NCBI GenBank assembly: GCA_003971905.1
Contig: RSEE01000065.1
Location: 248,001-312,000 of the forward strand
Length of the DNA: 64,000 nucleotides
Source: Moniliella sp. 'wahieum'
Taxonomy: Eukaryota
Direction of reading: 5' to 3'
Each line of letters begins with the position of its first letter. The stretch's first letter is position 1. Positions 50,510-62,061 of this stretch are shown piece by piece. The notes below the pieces were generated by a model. The model ran no database searches. It worked only from the letters and a program-made list of their open reading frames with translations, and was not told the DNA's origin. The position numbers and the translations under genes were made by a program.

Positions 50510-51297
50510 ATTACGGTGTGGCCAACTTTGGAGGAGTTGCAAGGCAACCTTGGGCCGGGGCGCCTCGGGTCGGCGCAACTGGACTACGTTACGATTTTCG
50601 GCCAAGGGACGGGCATCTGCGCCTGGGAAGCCATGATTTTGGTAAAAGACACGTCAGGCCCCCGGTCCACCTAACCAAGTGCCGCAAACGGTACAGTGAC
50701 CAAATAACCCAAAGGTACGGACTACCCCATGTCTCGACACTGTCTTGTCTCGTCTGGAGGACGCTCGTTTTTCGACTCTCGTGGGGGAATCGCCTTCGTA
50801 TCCTTCCAAAGTCCAGTCCCAAGCCACCCTCGTCTGCCGTCCTTATCGTACACATGAAAGCTCAGTGCGGCATCAGCACCAGAAGTCATTGTCCTGACAG
50901 AGTCATTCCCATGCCCATATCGCTGCTCCCTTGTCCGCAAAAGTGACTGAATGTTTTAGCACGCAATGAATACTCTCATCGACACACAACAAAGCTGCAG
51001 TATGCTCACAGGAGTCATACATGTACAGCCTGACCTGCGGACACCCGCCATCCGCTTCCAAACCGGGTAGAGCCGCGGATGGTGTAGGAGAAATCCAAGC
51101 GGTAAAGCAGCTCAGTTGAGACTCATCACTGATTTCTGACGACCCTCCCAGGCAACGTGCCCGTCGTCTGGGCGCATAGTATCCCCGTTTCGAAGAACCT
51201 CTAAGCTCTTTTGTCGGCGTACCGACGACCGCGCTGCGGGCTCGCATTGCACATTTCAACTCCGCTTCCCCCATGGGATGCGTCCAGTCAACAGCTA

Positions 51298-51373
51298 TGT
51301 CACAGCCAATGTCACAGCTATGTCACAGCCCCTGTCACAGCTATGTCCAGCCCATGTCACAGCCCATGTCACA
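51298..51373. repeat. 11/12-bp minisatellite TGTCACAGC(TA/CCA), unit 1
   Basis: About 7 visible copies. Confidence 0.9.
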
Positions 51374-54147
51374 TGTGATCGCACTGTCACGTCGCACTCC
51401 TAGTAAGTGAGGGTGCGTCCCCCCTCGCATCAAGAGGTCCAGTCGAGGATGATATTCAATGCCTCCTCTGTCATCCCCCACAGCGGGGGCATACCACGCA
51501 GCTTCATCCCCACGGGCATTCCTGGATCCCTCTCCCAGCGTTACTATCCACTTCATCTTCCCAGACGTCCGTTTCCCTACCATGGCCTCAAATCGTGCTG
51601 TGCAATACTATATATCAACCACATTGTAGGTTCAAACCAATCTCATTCTTCAACGATCAGCACAACAACGAAACGAAGACGAAAACAAAGAAAACAAAGG
51701 CAGTCATTGGTCCAGGTCCCATGCGTCCACCATTTCCACCTCTGGCAATGCACCTCCTCCACCATGTCCCATGCGTCCTGCATCAACACCGATGGGCAAT
51801 CCTCCTCCTCGACCATGTCCCACGCGTCCTGCATCGCCACCTCTGGGCAATGCACCTCCACCACCACCGGCCCATGGCGACGCTTGCGCACGGTCTCGCG
51901 AGGCTCGGCCGTGTTGACATCGAACCTGGCCCGGGGCACCGCTGGCGCCAGCACCCGCTCCTCAGCCGCCTTCGGTCTTGCGCAGAATCGAAGGGCCTGG
52001 CTGGGCGTTGGGATTGTGCCCAACTTGGAAGTTCGGATGCTCGGATGGGAATGATGGCGCCAGCCAGTAGCCGGGGGGGTGTAGTTCGATGGCAGTCCCG
52101 GGCTCGTGGTCAGAGAGAGAGGCGGAAGGTGAACTGGAACTCGGTCAGAGGCCGGAGGGGCAGCATTTCGGTACTCGGTGAGCGGTTCGAGAAGGTAGGT
52201 GGTGGGAGGGAGACAAGAAGTTTTGCACCCATCCGGGGTTATTTATGCCCCCGCCCCGCCCACTGCTGCGGCAATATTGCCCCAACCGGCGAGGAGCACA
52301 CTGCCCTCAGGCCTCAGGCCGTTGCCTCGGCTTGAGCACACTGTGCTGCCTCGACTGCTGCCGTGCGGCCTGACGTCTTCAACCCCAACGGCGGGGAGCA
52401 CACTGCCCTCAGGCCTCAGGCCCTACCCTGCCCCCCGTGGTGAAGAATGTCAGACACATACCGAAACAGGATTCTTGCAGGCGAGTGGCCAGACGGGGGA
52501 GAATTCAACCTGGGCCCCATGTGACACCATCCATCATCGATCAGCATCATCCGTCACAGGCCCCCAGCAGGCAGACAGTGGCGAGACGCCGGGGAGAATT
52601 CATCCTGGGCCCCATGTGACACCATCCATCATCGATCAGCATCATCCGTCACAGGCCACCCCGCATCCCAGCAGCCAGGCGTCTGCGATAAAGGGCGCAA
52701 AACACATTTCATCTTGGCCATCCTCACTTGAAGTAGCTCAGATGCATCCTCTCGTCCTGTGCCAGCTGGGACGCCCACCGCTGCCCAACACCCGCACTGC
52801 TCGTGCGGGCCTGGCCGGTGCCGTTGGCGCCGTCGTCGTCCGCATGCTGTACGCAGCTGCAACCGACTGGCTCGACACCACCCGGCCGCCTGGCTCCTCC
52901 AGTTCCTTGCCGAATCCGACCCGCAGCCTCTCCTCTTGACCTCAGGCCTTCCGCTTCCGCAGCCGACGAAGTGTAGACCGTGCCGTCAAGGACCAAAGAA
53001 TACACTCCCCAATAGCACTGGCCAAGCGACGGTCATCCTTGGCAATCAGGAAGAGAAGGCCACTGTTCAATGGAAAAGGGTTAGATCAGTGGAACAATAG
53101 AGGAGGAGAGGAGAGATGGAACATACCTTGACCGCAACATACGGAGAAGCGTGGGTGGCATTTGAAGAGCGCACACGGTCTTTGACGAACATGTATGCGC
53201 CCCAGTACCAACACGTTTTCCATGTCCCCTCCGTCAACCGAGACTGAATCGGCCGGCCCGCATCCACTGGTTCCGGTCACCCTTCTTCTGGTGGTCGCCA
53301 GCATTGAAGCGGCTCGCAGTCGCACCTTGCTTCGTCCCCAACAGATCGTTCGCACCGAAGTGGTTCGTGCCACCTCACCCCCTCTGCCATCCCCAAATGC
53401 GATCGACATGGGCCGGTCAGGTCCTGTCGTGCCGTGCTCGTCCCACACGGTTCCCATCCCAAGAAACGCCGGGGGCGGGCCTCCCGCCGGGCACCCAAAG
53501 CTGATGGCCAGAGGTCGGGCGCTCCCTTTTCAGGCTCCGCTGCAGGAACAATGTCTCCCCTTGATGAATGAGCTTTTGCATGTGTGGGCTCCTCGCCACC
53601 ATCAGAAGTACCCTGATCCATCGATCTTCTTCCGGTCTGTGCGTACAGAATCAAACACGTTTTCTCGATCAGACACATAGCCTTTTGATATAGCGCGTTA
53701 CAATCGCCAACCAGAAGGGTTTGGCCTGTGCGGTTCGACGTACCTTTTGGAAATCTGGGATGGGCATGTGGACATGTGGTCTGGTGGTCTTGTCGACTTT
53801 TGGGCCTTGTGGTACCACGAACGGGGGATGGGTCACTCGCCGGCAACTGGCCTGGGGCTTGCATCCGCCGTTGCCCTTGGCCCAGGAGAATCGGCGAGGC
53901 AGATGGAGGCGGTCATGCAGGGGCCGCCAAAAAGCGTCGCATGGCTTCCCATCCGCGCCGGTCGCACATTCCATCCCCAAGTCGTTCGGCGTGGCGGCGA
54001 TGGTGGTGGGGAATGGCGCGAGTGTTGGGCATGACGGCAGAAGCGAGCCACTCTCTGCAGCCGCGCTCTTTTGTCGGCGTACCGACGACCGCGCTGCGGG
54101 CTCGCATTGCACATTTCAACTCCGCTTCCCCATGGGGATGCGTCCCA

Positions 54148-54235
54148 TGTCACAGCTATGTCACAGCCCATCTCACAGCTATGTCACAGCCCCTGTCACA
54201 GCTATGTCACAGCCCATGTCACAGCCCATGTCACA
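54148..54235. repeat. 11/12-bp minisatellite TGTCACAGC(TA/CCA), unit 2
   Basis: 8 visible copies, mostly alternating 11 and 12 nt. Confidence 0.9.
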
Positions 54236-57026
54236 TGTGATCGCACGTGTCACGTCGCACTCCTAGTAAGTGAGGGTGCGTCCCCCCTCGCATCAAGAGG
54301 TCCAGTCGAGGATGATATTCAATGCCTCCTCTGTCATCCCCCACAGCGGGGGCATACCACGCAGCTTCATCCCCACGGGCATTCCTGGATCCCTACTCTC
54401 CAGCGTTACTATCCACTTCATCTTCCCAGACGTCCGTTTCCCATACCCATGGCCTCAAATCGTGCTGGCAATACTATATATCAACCACATTGTAGGTTCA
54501 AACCAATCTCATTCTTCAACGATCAACACAACAACGAAACGAAGACGAAAACAAAACGAAAACAAAGGCAGTCATTGGTCCAGGTCCCATGCGTCCACCA
54601 TTTCCACCTCTGGGCAATGCACCTCCTCCACCATGTCCCATGCGTCCTGCATCAACACCGATGGGCAATCCTCCTCCTCGACCATGTCCCACGCGTCCTG
54701 CATCGCCACCTCTGGGCAATGCACCTCCACCACACCGGCCCATGGCGACGCTTGCGCACGGTCTCGCGAGGCTCGGCCGTGTTGACATCGAACCTGGCCC
54801 GGGGCACCGCTGGCGCCAGCACCCGCTCCTCAGCCGCCTTCGGCTTCTTGCGCAGAATCGAAGGGCCTGGCTGGGCGTTGGGATTGTGCCCAACTTGGAA
54901 GTTCGGATGCTCGGATGGGAATGATGGGCGCCAGCCAGTAGCCGGGGGGTGTAGTTCGATGGCAGTCCCGGGCTCGTGGTCAGAGGAGAGAGGCGGAAGG
55001 TGAACTGGAACTCGGTCAGAGGCCGGAGGGGCAGCATTTCGGTACTCGGTGAGCGGTTCGAGAAGGTAGGTGGTGGGAGGGAGACAAGAAGTTTTGCACC
55101 CATCCGGGGTTATTTATGCCCCCGCCCCGCCCACTGCTGCGGCAATATTGCCCCAACCGGGGAGCACACTGCCCTCAGGCCTCAGGCCGTTGCCTCGGCT
55201 TGAGCACACTGTGCTGCCTCGACTGCTGCCGTGCGGCCTGACGTCTTCAACCCCAACGGCGGGGAGCACACTGCCCTCAGGCCTCAGGCCCTACCCTGCC
55301 CCCCGTGGTGAAGAATGTCAGACACATACCGAAACAGGATTCTTGCAGGCGAGTGGCCAGACGGGGAGAATTCAACCTGGGCCCCATGTGACACCATCCA
55401 TCATCGATCAGCATCATCCGTCACAGGCCCCCAGCAGGCAGACAGTGGCGAGACGCCGGGGAGAATTCATCCTGGGCCCCATGTGACACCATCCATCATC
55501 GAAGCATCATCCGTCACAGGCCACCCCGCATCCCAGCAGCCAGGCGTCTGCGATAAAGGGCGCAAAAACACATTTCATCTTGGCCATCCTCACTTGAAGT
55601 AGCTCAGATGCATCCTCTCGTCCTGTGCCAGCTGGGACGCCCACCGCTGCCCAACACCCGCACTGCTCGTGCGGGCCTGGCCGGTGCCGTTGGCGCCGTC
55701 GTCGTCCGCATGCTGTACGCAGCTGCAACCGACTGGCTCGACACCACCCCGGCCGCCTGCTGGCTCCAGTTCCTTGCCGAATCCGACCCGCAGCCTCTCC
55801 TCTTGACCTCAGGCCTTCCGCTTCCGCAGCCGACGAAGTGTAGACCGTGCCGTCAAGGACCAAAGAATACACTCCCAATAGCACTGGCCAAGCGACGGTC
55901 ATCCTTGGCAATCAGAAGAGAAGGCCACTGTTCAATGGAAAAGGGTTAGATCAGTGGAACAATAGAGGAGGAGAGGAGAGATGGAACATACCTTGACCGC
56001 AACATACGGAGAAGCGTGGGTTGGCATTTGAAGAGCGCACACGGTCTTTGACGAACATGTATGCGCCCCAGTACCAACACGTTTTCCATGTCCCCTCCGT
56101 CAACCGAGACTGAATCGGCCGGCCCGCATCCACTGGTTCCGGTCACCCTTCTTCTGGTGGTCGCCAGCATTGAAGCGGCTCGCAGTCGCACCTTGCTTCG
56201 TCCCCAACAGATCGTTCGCACCGAAGTGGTTCGTGCCAACCCCCTCTGCCATCCCCAAATGCGATCGACACTGGGCCGGTCAGGTCCTGTCGTGCCGTGC
56301 TCGTCCCACACGGTTCCCATCCCAAGAAACGCCGGGGGCGGGCCTCCCGCCGGGCACCCAAAGCTGATGGCCAGAGGTCGGGCGCTCCCTTTTCAGGCTC
56401 CGCTGCAGGAACATGTCTCCCCTTGATGAATGAGCTTTTGCATGTGTGGGCTCCTCGCCACCATCAGAAGTACCCTGATCCATCGATCTTCTTCCGGTCT
56501 GTGCGTACAGAATCAAACACGTTTTCTCGATCAGACACATAGCCTTTTGATATAGCGCGTTACAATCGCCAACCAGAAGGGTTTGGCCTGTGCGGTTCGA
56601 CGTACCTTTTGGAAATCTGGGATGGGCATGTGGACATGTGGTCTGGTGGTCTTGTCGACTTTTGGGCCTTGTGGTACCACGAACGGGGGATGGGTCACTC
56701 GCCGGCAACTGGCCTGGGGCTTGCATCCGCCGTTGCCCTTGGCCCAGGAGAATCGGCGAGGCAGATGGAGGCGGTCATGCAGGGGCCGCCAAAAAGCGTC
56801 GCATGGCTTCCCATCCGCGCCGGTCGCACATTCCATCCCCAAGTCGTTCGGCGTGGCGGCGATGGTGGTGGGGAATGGCGCGAGTGTTGGGCATGACGGC
56901 AGAAGCGAGCCACTCTCTGCAGCCGCGCTCTTTTGTCGGCGTACCGACGACCGCATCGCAACTTGCTATTGCCGCTGCGGACTCCCATTGCACATTTCAA
57001 ATCCGTCCCCTCCGCTTTGCCCATGG

Positions 57027-57165
57027 GGATGTCCGAGCGGATGTAGGAACGAGGAGCTGCTGTACACGTGGCAGGGCTGCGTAGTGCACACCAGCTTGGG
57101 CCGTCGCACTGTCTGAAGCCTCCGGGGCTTAGGGACGGGTAGAGGCAGGGGACCAAACACTGCCG
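57027..57165 (-). mobile_element. Internal LTR fragment (same family), inverted relative to the adjacent gag-pol remnant
   Basis: TGTCCGAGCGGA..TAGG-ACGAGGAG..GTGGCA-GGCTGCGT..GCTTGGGCCGT..GTCTGAAGCCTCCGGG-CTTAGG..AAACACTGCC matches about 49783-49933 in the same orientation. Confidence 0.85.
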
Positions 57166-57189
57166 AATTGCCTCAGGCGTATTTCTCCA

Positions 57190-59422
57190 ACGCGTGGACG
57201 CAGGTCCAAGAGCTGTGGATGACCTAATCAAGTGGGCGACCCGCGCCGAGTTGTATTTGGCGTCGAAACTGGCATCCTCCCGGGCCGCAACCAATCCCGT
57301 ACCTCGTCATGGCCAACTCTCAGCTTCCAGCCCCCCGCGCGCAACATCATCAACAACAACGATTGTAATGACTACGAGCCGATGGACCTAGATGGAGTGG
57401 AGGTCTGTCCCGTGGGCCGCAGGTTCCGGCTCAGTGTTGAAGGTTGAAGAGTACGCCCGTCACACCCGTGAGGGTGATCTCTGCATGCGTTGCGGGCACG
57501 CGGGTCATTGGCGTAACGAGTGCCCCTTGGGCCAGAATGGCCATTGCCCCGGGCAGTGTGGCCGTCGGTAGAGATGTCTAATCAGAGTCGCCGAGCCAAG
57601 GGGGTCGGGCCAGGCGAACGAGAGGGCAGCTCGTCGAGCGCGCTGGAGCAGGCGCGCGATTAGGGGCAGGGGCCCCGCCGTGGATGTGTGTGCCACGTCC
57701 ACCTACTCCTGCCGACGGTCGTCTAGCTACCGTGCCTACATTTCCAGACGAACTTGGGCACGCAAACCACGTTATTAAGCCTAGTGGACACGGGGGTCGA
57801 GAGGTCGTTTATTGACCGCGGAGAAGTGCGCAATTACGGGTACGTCCTGACTCCCCTCTCTGCCCCCCCGCAGGTGCGGCTACTGGATGGGCGAAGGATC
57901 GGTCAGGTAAGGTTACTCACTCTTTCCTTTTGTCTTTTAACCTGGGCGGTCGAACGTTCAGCCACGACTTCCTCGTTATGTCCATTCCGCACTATGCAGC
58001 GGTCTTTGGTATCGACTTCCTGTGCGCCAATGAAATGTCGCTTTCCTTTGCTCGAGATGGTCCAGCCGAGCTTAGCTTTAAGGGCACTGGCACGCGATCG
58101 AGTGTTGTGGAATCATGGACACATACATCTAGTCTCGGCTCACCGTTTCAATCACGAGCTTCACCAAAGATGAGGACCTCGTCGGCGGGCAAGTGTGGGT
58201 CGACGATCAGGGCGAGGTGGTTGCCTGAGTCTGAAGCGCTACGGTACACCTTGCTCCATGATCACCGCGGCAAGCCCGAGGCTGGGCACCATGGAAGACA
58301 GCGCACGTACGATCAGCTGGTGCGGTGGTACGATTGGCGCGGCATGGCCTTCATTGCGCGTCACTACGTGGGGACGTGCTCGTCATCTCAAACTGCCAAG
58401 AGCCGCCGCCTTCGTCCATATGGTCTATATTGCATCCGTTTGAAGTAATAGCCCTGCGTTGTTCCAGTTTCGGTATGGATCATTTCGGTCCCTTGGCAGA
58501 GGGAGGGCTTGGACGCAAGGGAGAGAGCCGGAACGCGGTGGTGGTGGTGAATTGTGGCTGTCCAAGACGGCGGTGCTCATGCCGTGCAGCTCGAGCGTCA
58601 CGGCAGGTAGCTTGCTCGAGCGGCTGACGCACAAGATGTTCCATGTGTGCGGGTGGACTTGTGCGGGTGCAGCGCAGACAGACAGACAGACAGAGGTGTA
58701 AACAGATGGATGAAGAGAAGGAAGAGCGAAACCCGCCGGACGGGAAACGGAACCGGGGTGGAATCACCCGGGAGCCGTGCCCATCCGCACAGGACTATCG
58801 AGTTTTTCGTGAGCGAGAGGGGCCCTTGATCACTTCCTCCCAGATGATTGCATCCGCCAAGCATGGCTTCTAGCCAGTACCCCCCAGTCCGATTGGAAGT
58901 CGGAGCGGTTTGTCGGCTTGGTTAAGACACATCTGCGCCATTTTGTTAACCATATGCAGTCCGATTGGGTTGAGCACCTACCCTCTGCTGCCTTTGCGCT
59001 CAACACTGCCCGCGCGTTCTACATCATGGATGGGCTCCAGCTAAACCACGTGGCACAGATGCTGCCGCCCGGTCGGGTGGGCAAGAGGTGGAACATCAAC
59101 TGGCTTGTGCCAGGCAACTGAGGCGGCTAGGGAGGCTTTGGAACAGGCGCGCAAGCGAGCCAAGCGCTACATCGATCGGTTGCGGAGTGAGGGAGCCCCG
59201 GAGCCTTCAACACCTACGGCCCGCGCGGGTGCGTACGCAGTCTTGCCACAAGTGCAGAAGCCTCTATTTTACGCCAAAAGGCATCTCCTCGTCCCTAGCT
59301 CCGCTCGGATCCACCAACAAACCAAGCCCGAAACTACCGTGACATGTCCTTCCGTCTCCTAAGGGATTATTACACCCCACAAAGACCTGGGTCCCCCCCC
59401 TTGGCCGAGCACGCCCGTGACA
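57190..59422 (+). mobile_element. Deleted Ty3/gypsy retrotransposon: gag C-terminus, protease, integrase, partial 3' LTR; no RT/RNase H
   Basis: YEPMDLDG; zinc knuckle CMRCGHAGHWRNEC (57482-57523); LVDTGVERSFID protease; integrase HDH..AGHHGRQRTY..WYDWRGM..YVGTC, MDHFGPL, PQSD..SER..VKTHLRHFVN..DWVEHLPSAAFALN; LTR end 59195-59422 terminating in GCCCGTGACA. Confidence 0.9.
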
Positions 59423-60787
59423 TTAGCCTCCAGTGAGAGGAGCCAGTTATATGGCGAAGACCTAATTCTCTGGTGGAGAGCCGCTTTTGTTATTTCTCAC
59501 GTATCTCTTAAACTCTCTTCCCTTTCACCCACAAGCCTATCGCCTGATACAGTCGGCCAGTATTCTTAGTATGCGTCGCGTGCTATCCTCAGGTGAGCTT
59601 TTCTTACTCTCAGTCCTTACATTATTAGGGATGACACGTGTCGTTACGGAATACTTCCACTCCCAACTCCTCAGCAAGCATGTCAACGATCAACGCGGGG
59701 CGGGATATGGAGAAAACCCCTAGCACCCCCTCTCACAACAAAAGTGTTGTGCGCTTTTATATTTACTCGAATGGAAGAGGCCTTTCTTGATTGGAGGGTG
59801 AGCGGTGAGCGGTGAGCGGTGACCGATGACCGATGGCCCCGATAAGATACGCGCTGTAATCGATAAGATATGCCACAATGCCACGTTTAGTGAATCATTC
59901 AAAGAACTTTGGTCAATGAACTTACTCCAAGGACAGTGGGTTGGTGCTATTCACTGGTTCCGTAATGCCGTAATGCATAGTGGTTCAAAAAACGATTATA
60001 TGCGCACAAGTTCGCAACAATTGTCCCTCAGCACTGACTCACATTTTACATCTTAGCAAAAGTGTTTGGCACTCATTTGTTGCACGGGATCCTTGTGCTA
60101 TCGGACCTTAGGCCTTACCTTAGGCCTTATGCCCCAGGCATTTTCCGGCCGAGCTTAAACTATACAACGAGCAATGATTAAGAGATTGAGATCTGGGAGG
60201 GCACTGAGCGCACTGAGCGCGCTGAGAGCCCCTACTGTGAGCGACACACACTTTGATTATTATGCATCGAGGGAGTGGGAAAACTAAAAATACAAAACAA
60301 GCGCGCCTCCAAGGGAATACAGCGGCACACCCCGCTTTCGCGGTGATCGCGATTCCGAATATACTGTGCTGATCGGGGCTGGGCTTAGCGCTTATCGATT
60401 ATCGATTATCGTTCGAACCCTCTCCTAGATTATGCGACGGCTGGACAAAAGTTAGTGCGGTATTGCTGAAGAATGATTAATGATATATGGGGCGCGCTTA
60501 CAATGCGATGTCGTTCCTGGGCTTTCTGCGCCACATGTGTGCCGCCTTTGTTGCACAATATTCACTCGCATTCGAGGTGCAAACCCGCAGTGCACGGTCC
60601 ACTGCATTGACGCGCGAGACCGTTGATACCAGGCGCCAAATGTGACGGAAAAGGAGACCTCCTCAACATGTGTTACCCTCCCCATCCCCCCCCCGACGAT
60701 GTCGATATGTCCTCACAATCTATGTCCTGTGCCCCAACCGGACCTGTTTAGGGCTGACGTGTCCGTGACACTATTTAAGCGGCGATC

Positions 60788-62061
60788 ATGGGCGCATACC
60801 AAACCATTCCTCCAACGCCACCATCTCAAGCACTCAGGTACATGTCCAAGAACACCAACAAAGCAAACCTCGTTCCAGAAGGAGACCCCGTCTTCGACGC
60901 GGCAGCGCACCTGGCCTATTCCCCCCCGAAGAGCAGCTTGTCGATGGAAGACCTGGGCTTAGGCACGATCAAGTCCGCAAGTAAGATGGGCGTCACGGAT
61001 CCATTTCCTCTGGCATCACTGGAGGGTGTGCGGGCCTTGCGACAGCCATTCTTCAGCCAGTGTGCTCAACAACCATCTCTTCTTTGCCGAGTGGACGGGA
61101 AATACCGGCATGCTCCGTGGCATGGCCCCTGATGCTTCCAAGTTCATCCACGAGTTTTGGACGAATCCTAGCACCCTGCAAGCAATTGAGGACGCTGTGG
61201 GCGAGGCCCTAGTTCCTGTATTTGACTACGAGGTGAGCCTGACCCCCCCCTCTTCGGTTTTACTAGAACGGGACATCTGACACTGAAGAAGATTGCCCAT
61301 TGCAACATCCAAATTCCCAATGGCGAGGACCGACGGGGATATATCGACGGCCTCGCCGCTGATCCTTTTTTGAGGACGACAAAAACCCCTCCCAATGTGT
61401 CTGATTCCACTCCAACCCCTGGGAAAGAGGCCGATTGCAATCAGCCAAAGGCTGTGATACCCTACCATGTTGATGGGTACCCTTGGGTCTGTGTGCTGAT
61501 GCTCTCGGATGTGGCCGGCATGGAAGGAGGTGAGACGGAAATCAAAAGGTGATGGAAGTACGATTAGGGTGTTGGGCCCAGAAATTGGACATGCTGTGCT
61601 CATGCAAGGCGGATCCATCGAGCATTGCGCGCTGCCAGCTCTCAACCCAGACGGCAGAGAAAGGGTGACAATGATTACTTCCCTCCGGCCGGTACGTCCA
61701 AGTTCACAAGAGCGTGCGGTGCTCCACAAGGTCCGAACTCTTAGCAACAACCACGACCTCTACGACCAATTACCATCTCACGCCTCGGACTCATCCGGGA
61801 GATTCTGAATGTGTATGAAGCCAAGCTCTCGGAGCGTCGAAAGGTGATCCAGTCAACTTATGGGATCCAAGGGGGGCTCAAGGCACCACTGTTGACCTGG
61901 AGGAACTACTGTTGGTACAGCAGACCATCAACCAAGTGGTTTCCTCCGCCATTGAACAGATGGGCATGTCCAATCCGGATCCTGAAGATGGACTTTGGAC
62001 CCCTAAAGTGCATTCGTTCCCTCATTCGGATACATCTGCTACAATTCAGCCTATCTTCTAG
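60788..62061 (+). CDS. Fungal Fe(II)/2-oxoglutarate-dependent dioxygenase-like protein
   Basis: FDAAAHLAYSPP..GVTDPFPL..LRGMAP..FIHEFW..LVPVFDYE|IAHCNI; YHVDGYPWVCVLMLSD (HxD); MEGGET; GHAVLMQGGSIEHCAL (distal His); ERVTMITSLRP (2OG-binding Arg). TATTTAA upstream at about 60772. Confidence 0.82.

Larger units (their letters stand above)
51205..56954. repeat. Head-to-tail duplication of a 2.86-kb unit (51205-54064; 54065-56926) plus a third copy of the 28-bp junction sequence
   Basis: The units are near-identical and differ mostly by 1-nt indels. GCTCTTTTGTCGGCGTACCGACGACCGC occurs at 51205, 54065 and 56927. Confidence 0.95.

Noticed and set aside
51195..51410. Calling the 2.86-kb unit a Helitron
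   Set aside because: The junction hairpin is not followed by a proper CTRR end, the CTAG at about 51400 is internal, and no Rep/helicase motifs were seen.
51298..54235. TGTCACAGC arrays, 18-bp and 55-bp repeats as CRISPR-like arrays
   Set aside because: No unique spacers between units, no cas genes, and the DNA is eukaryotic.
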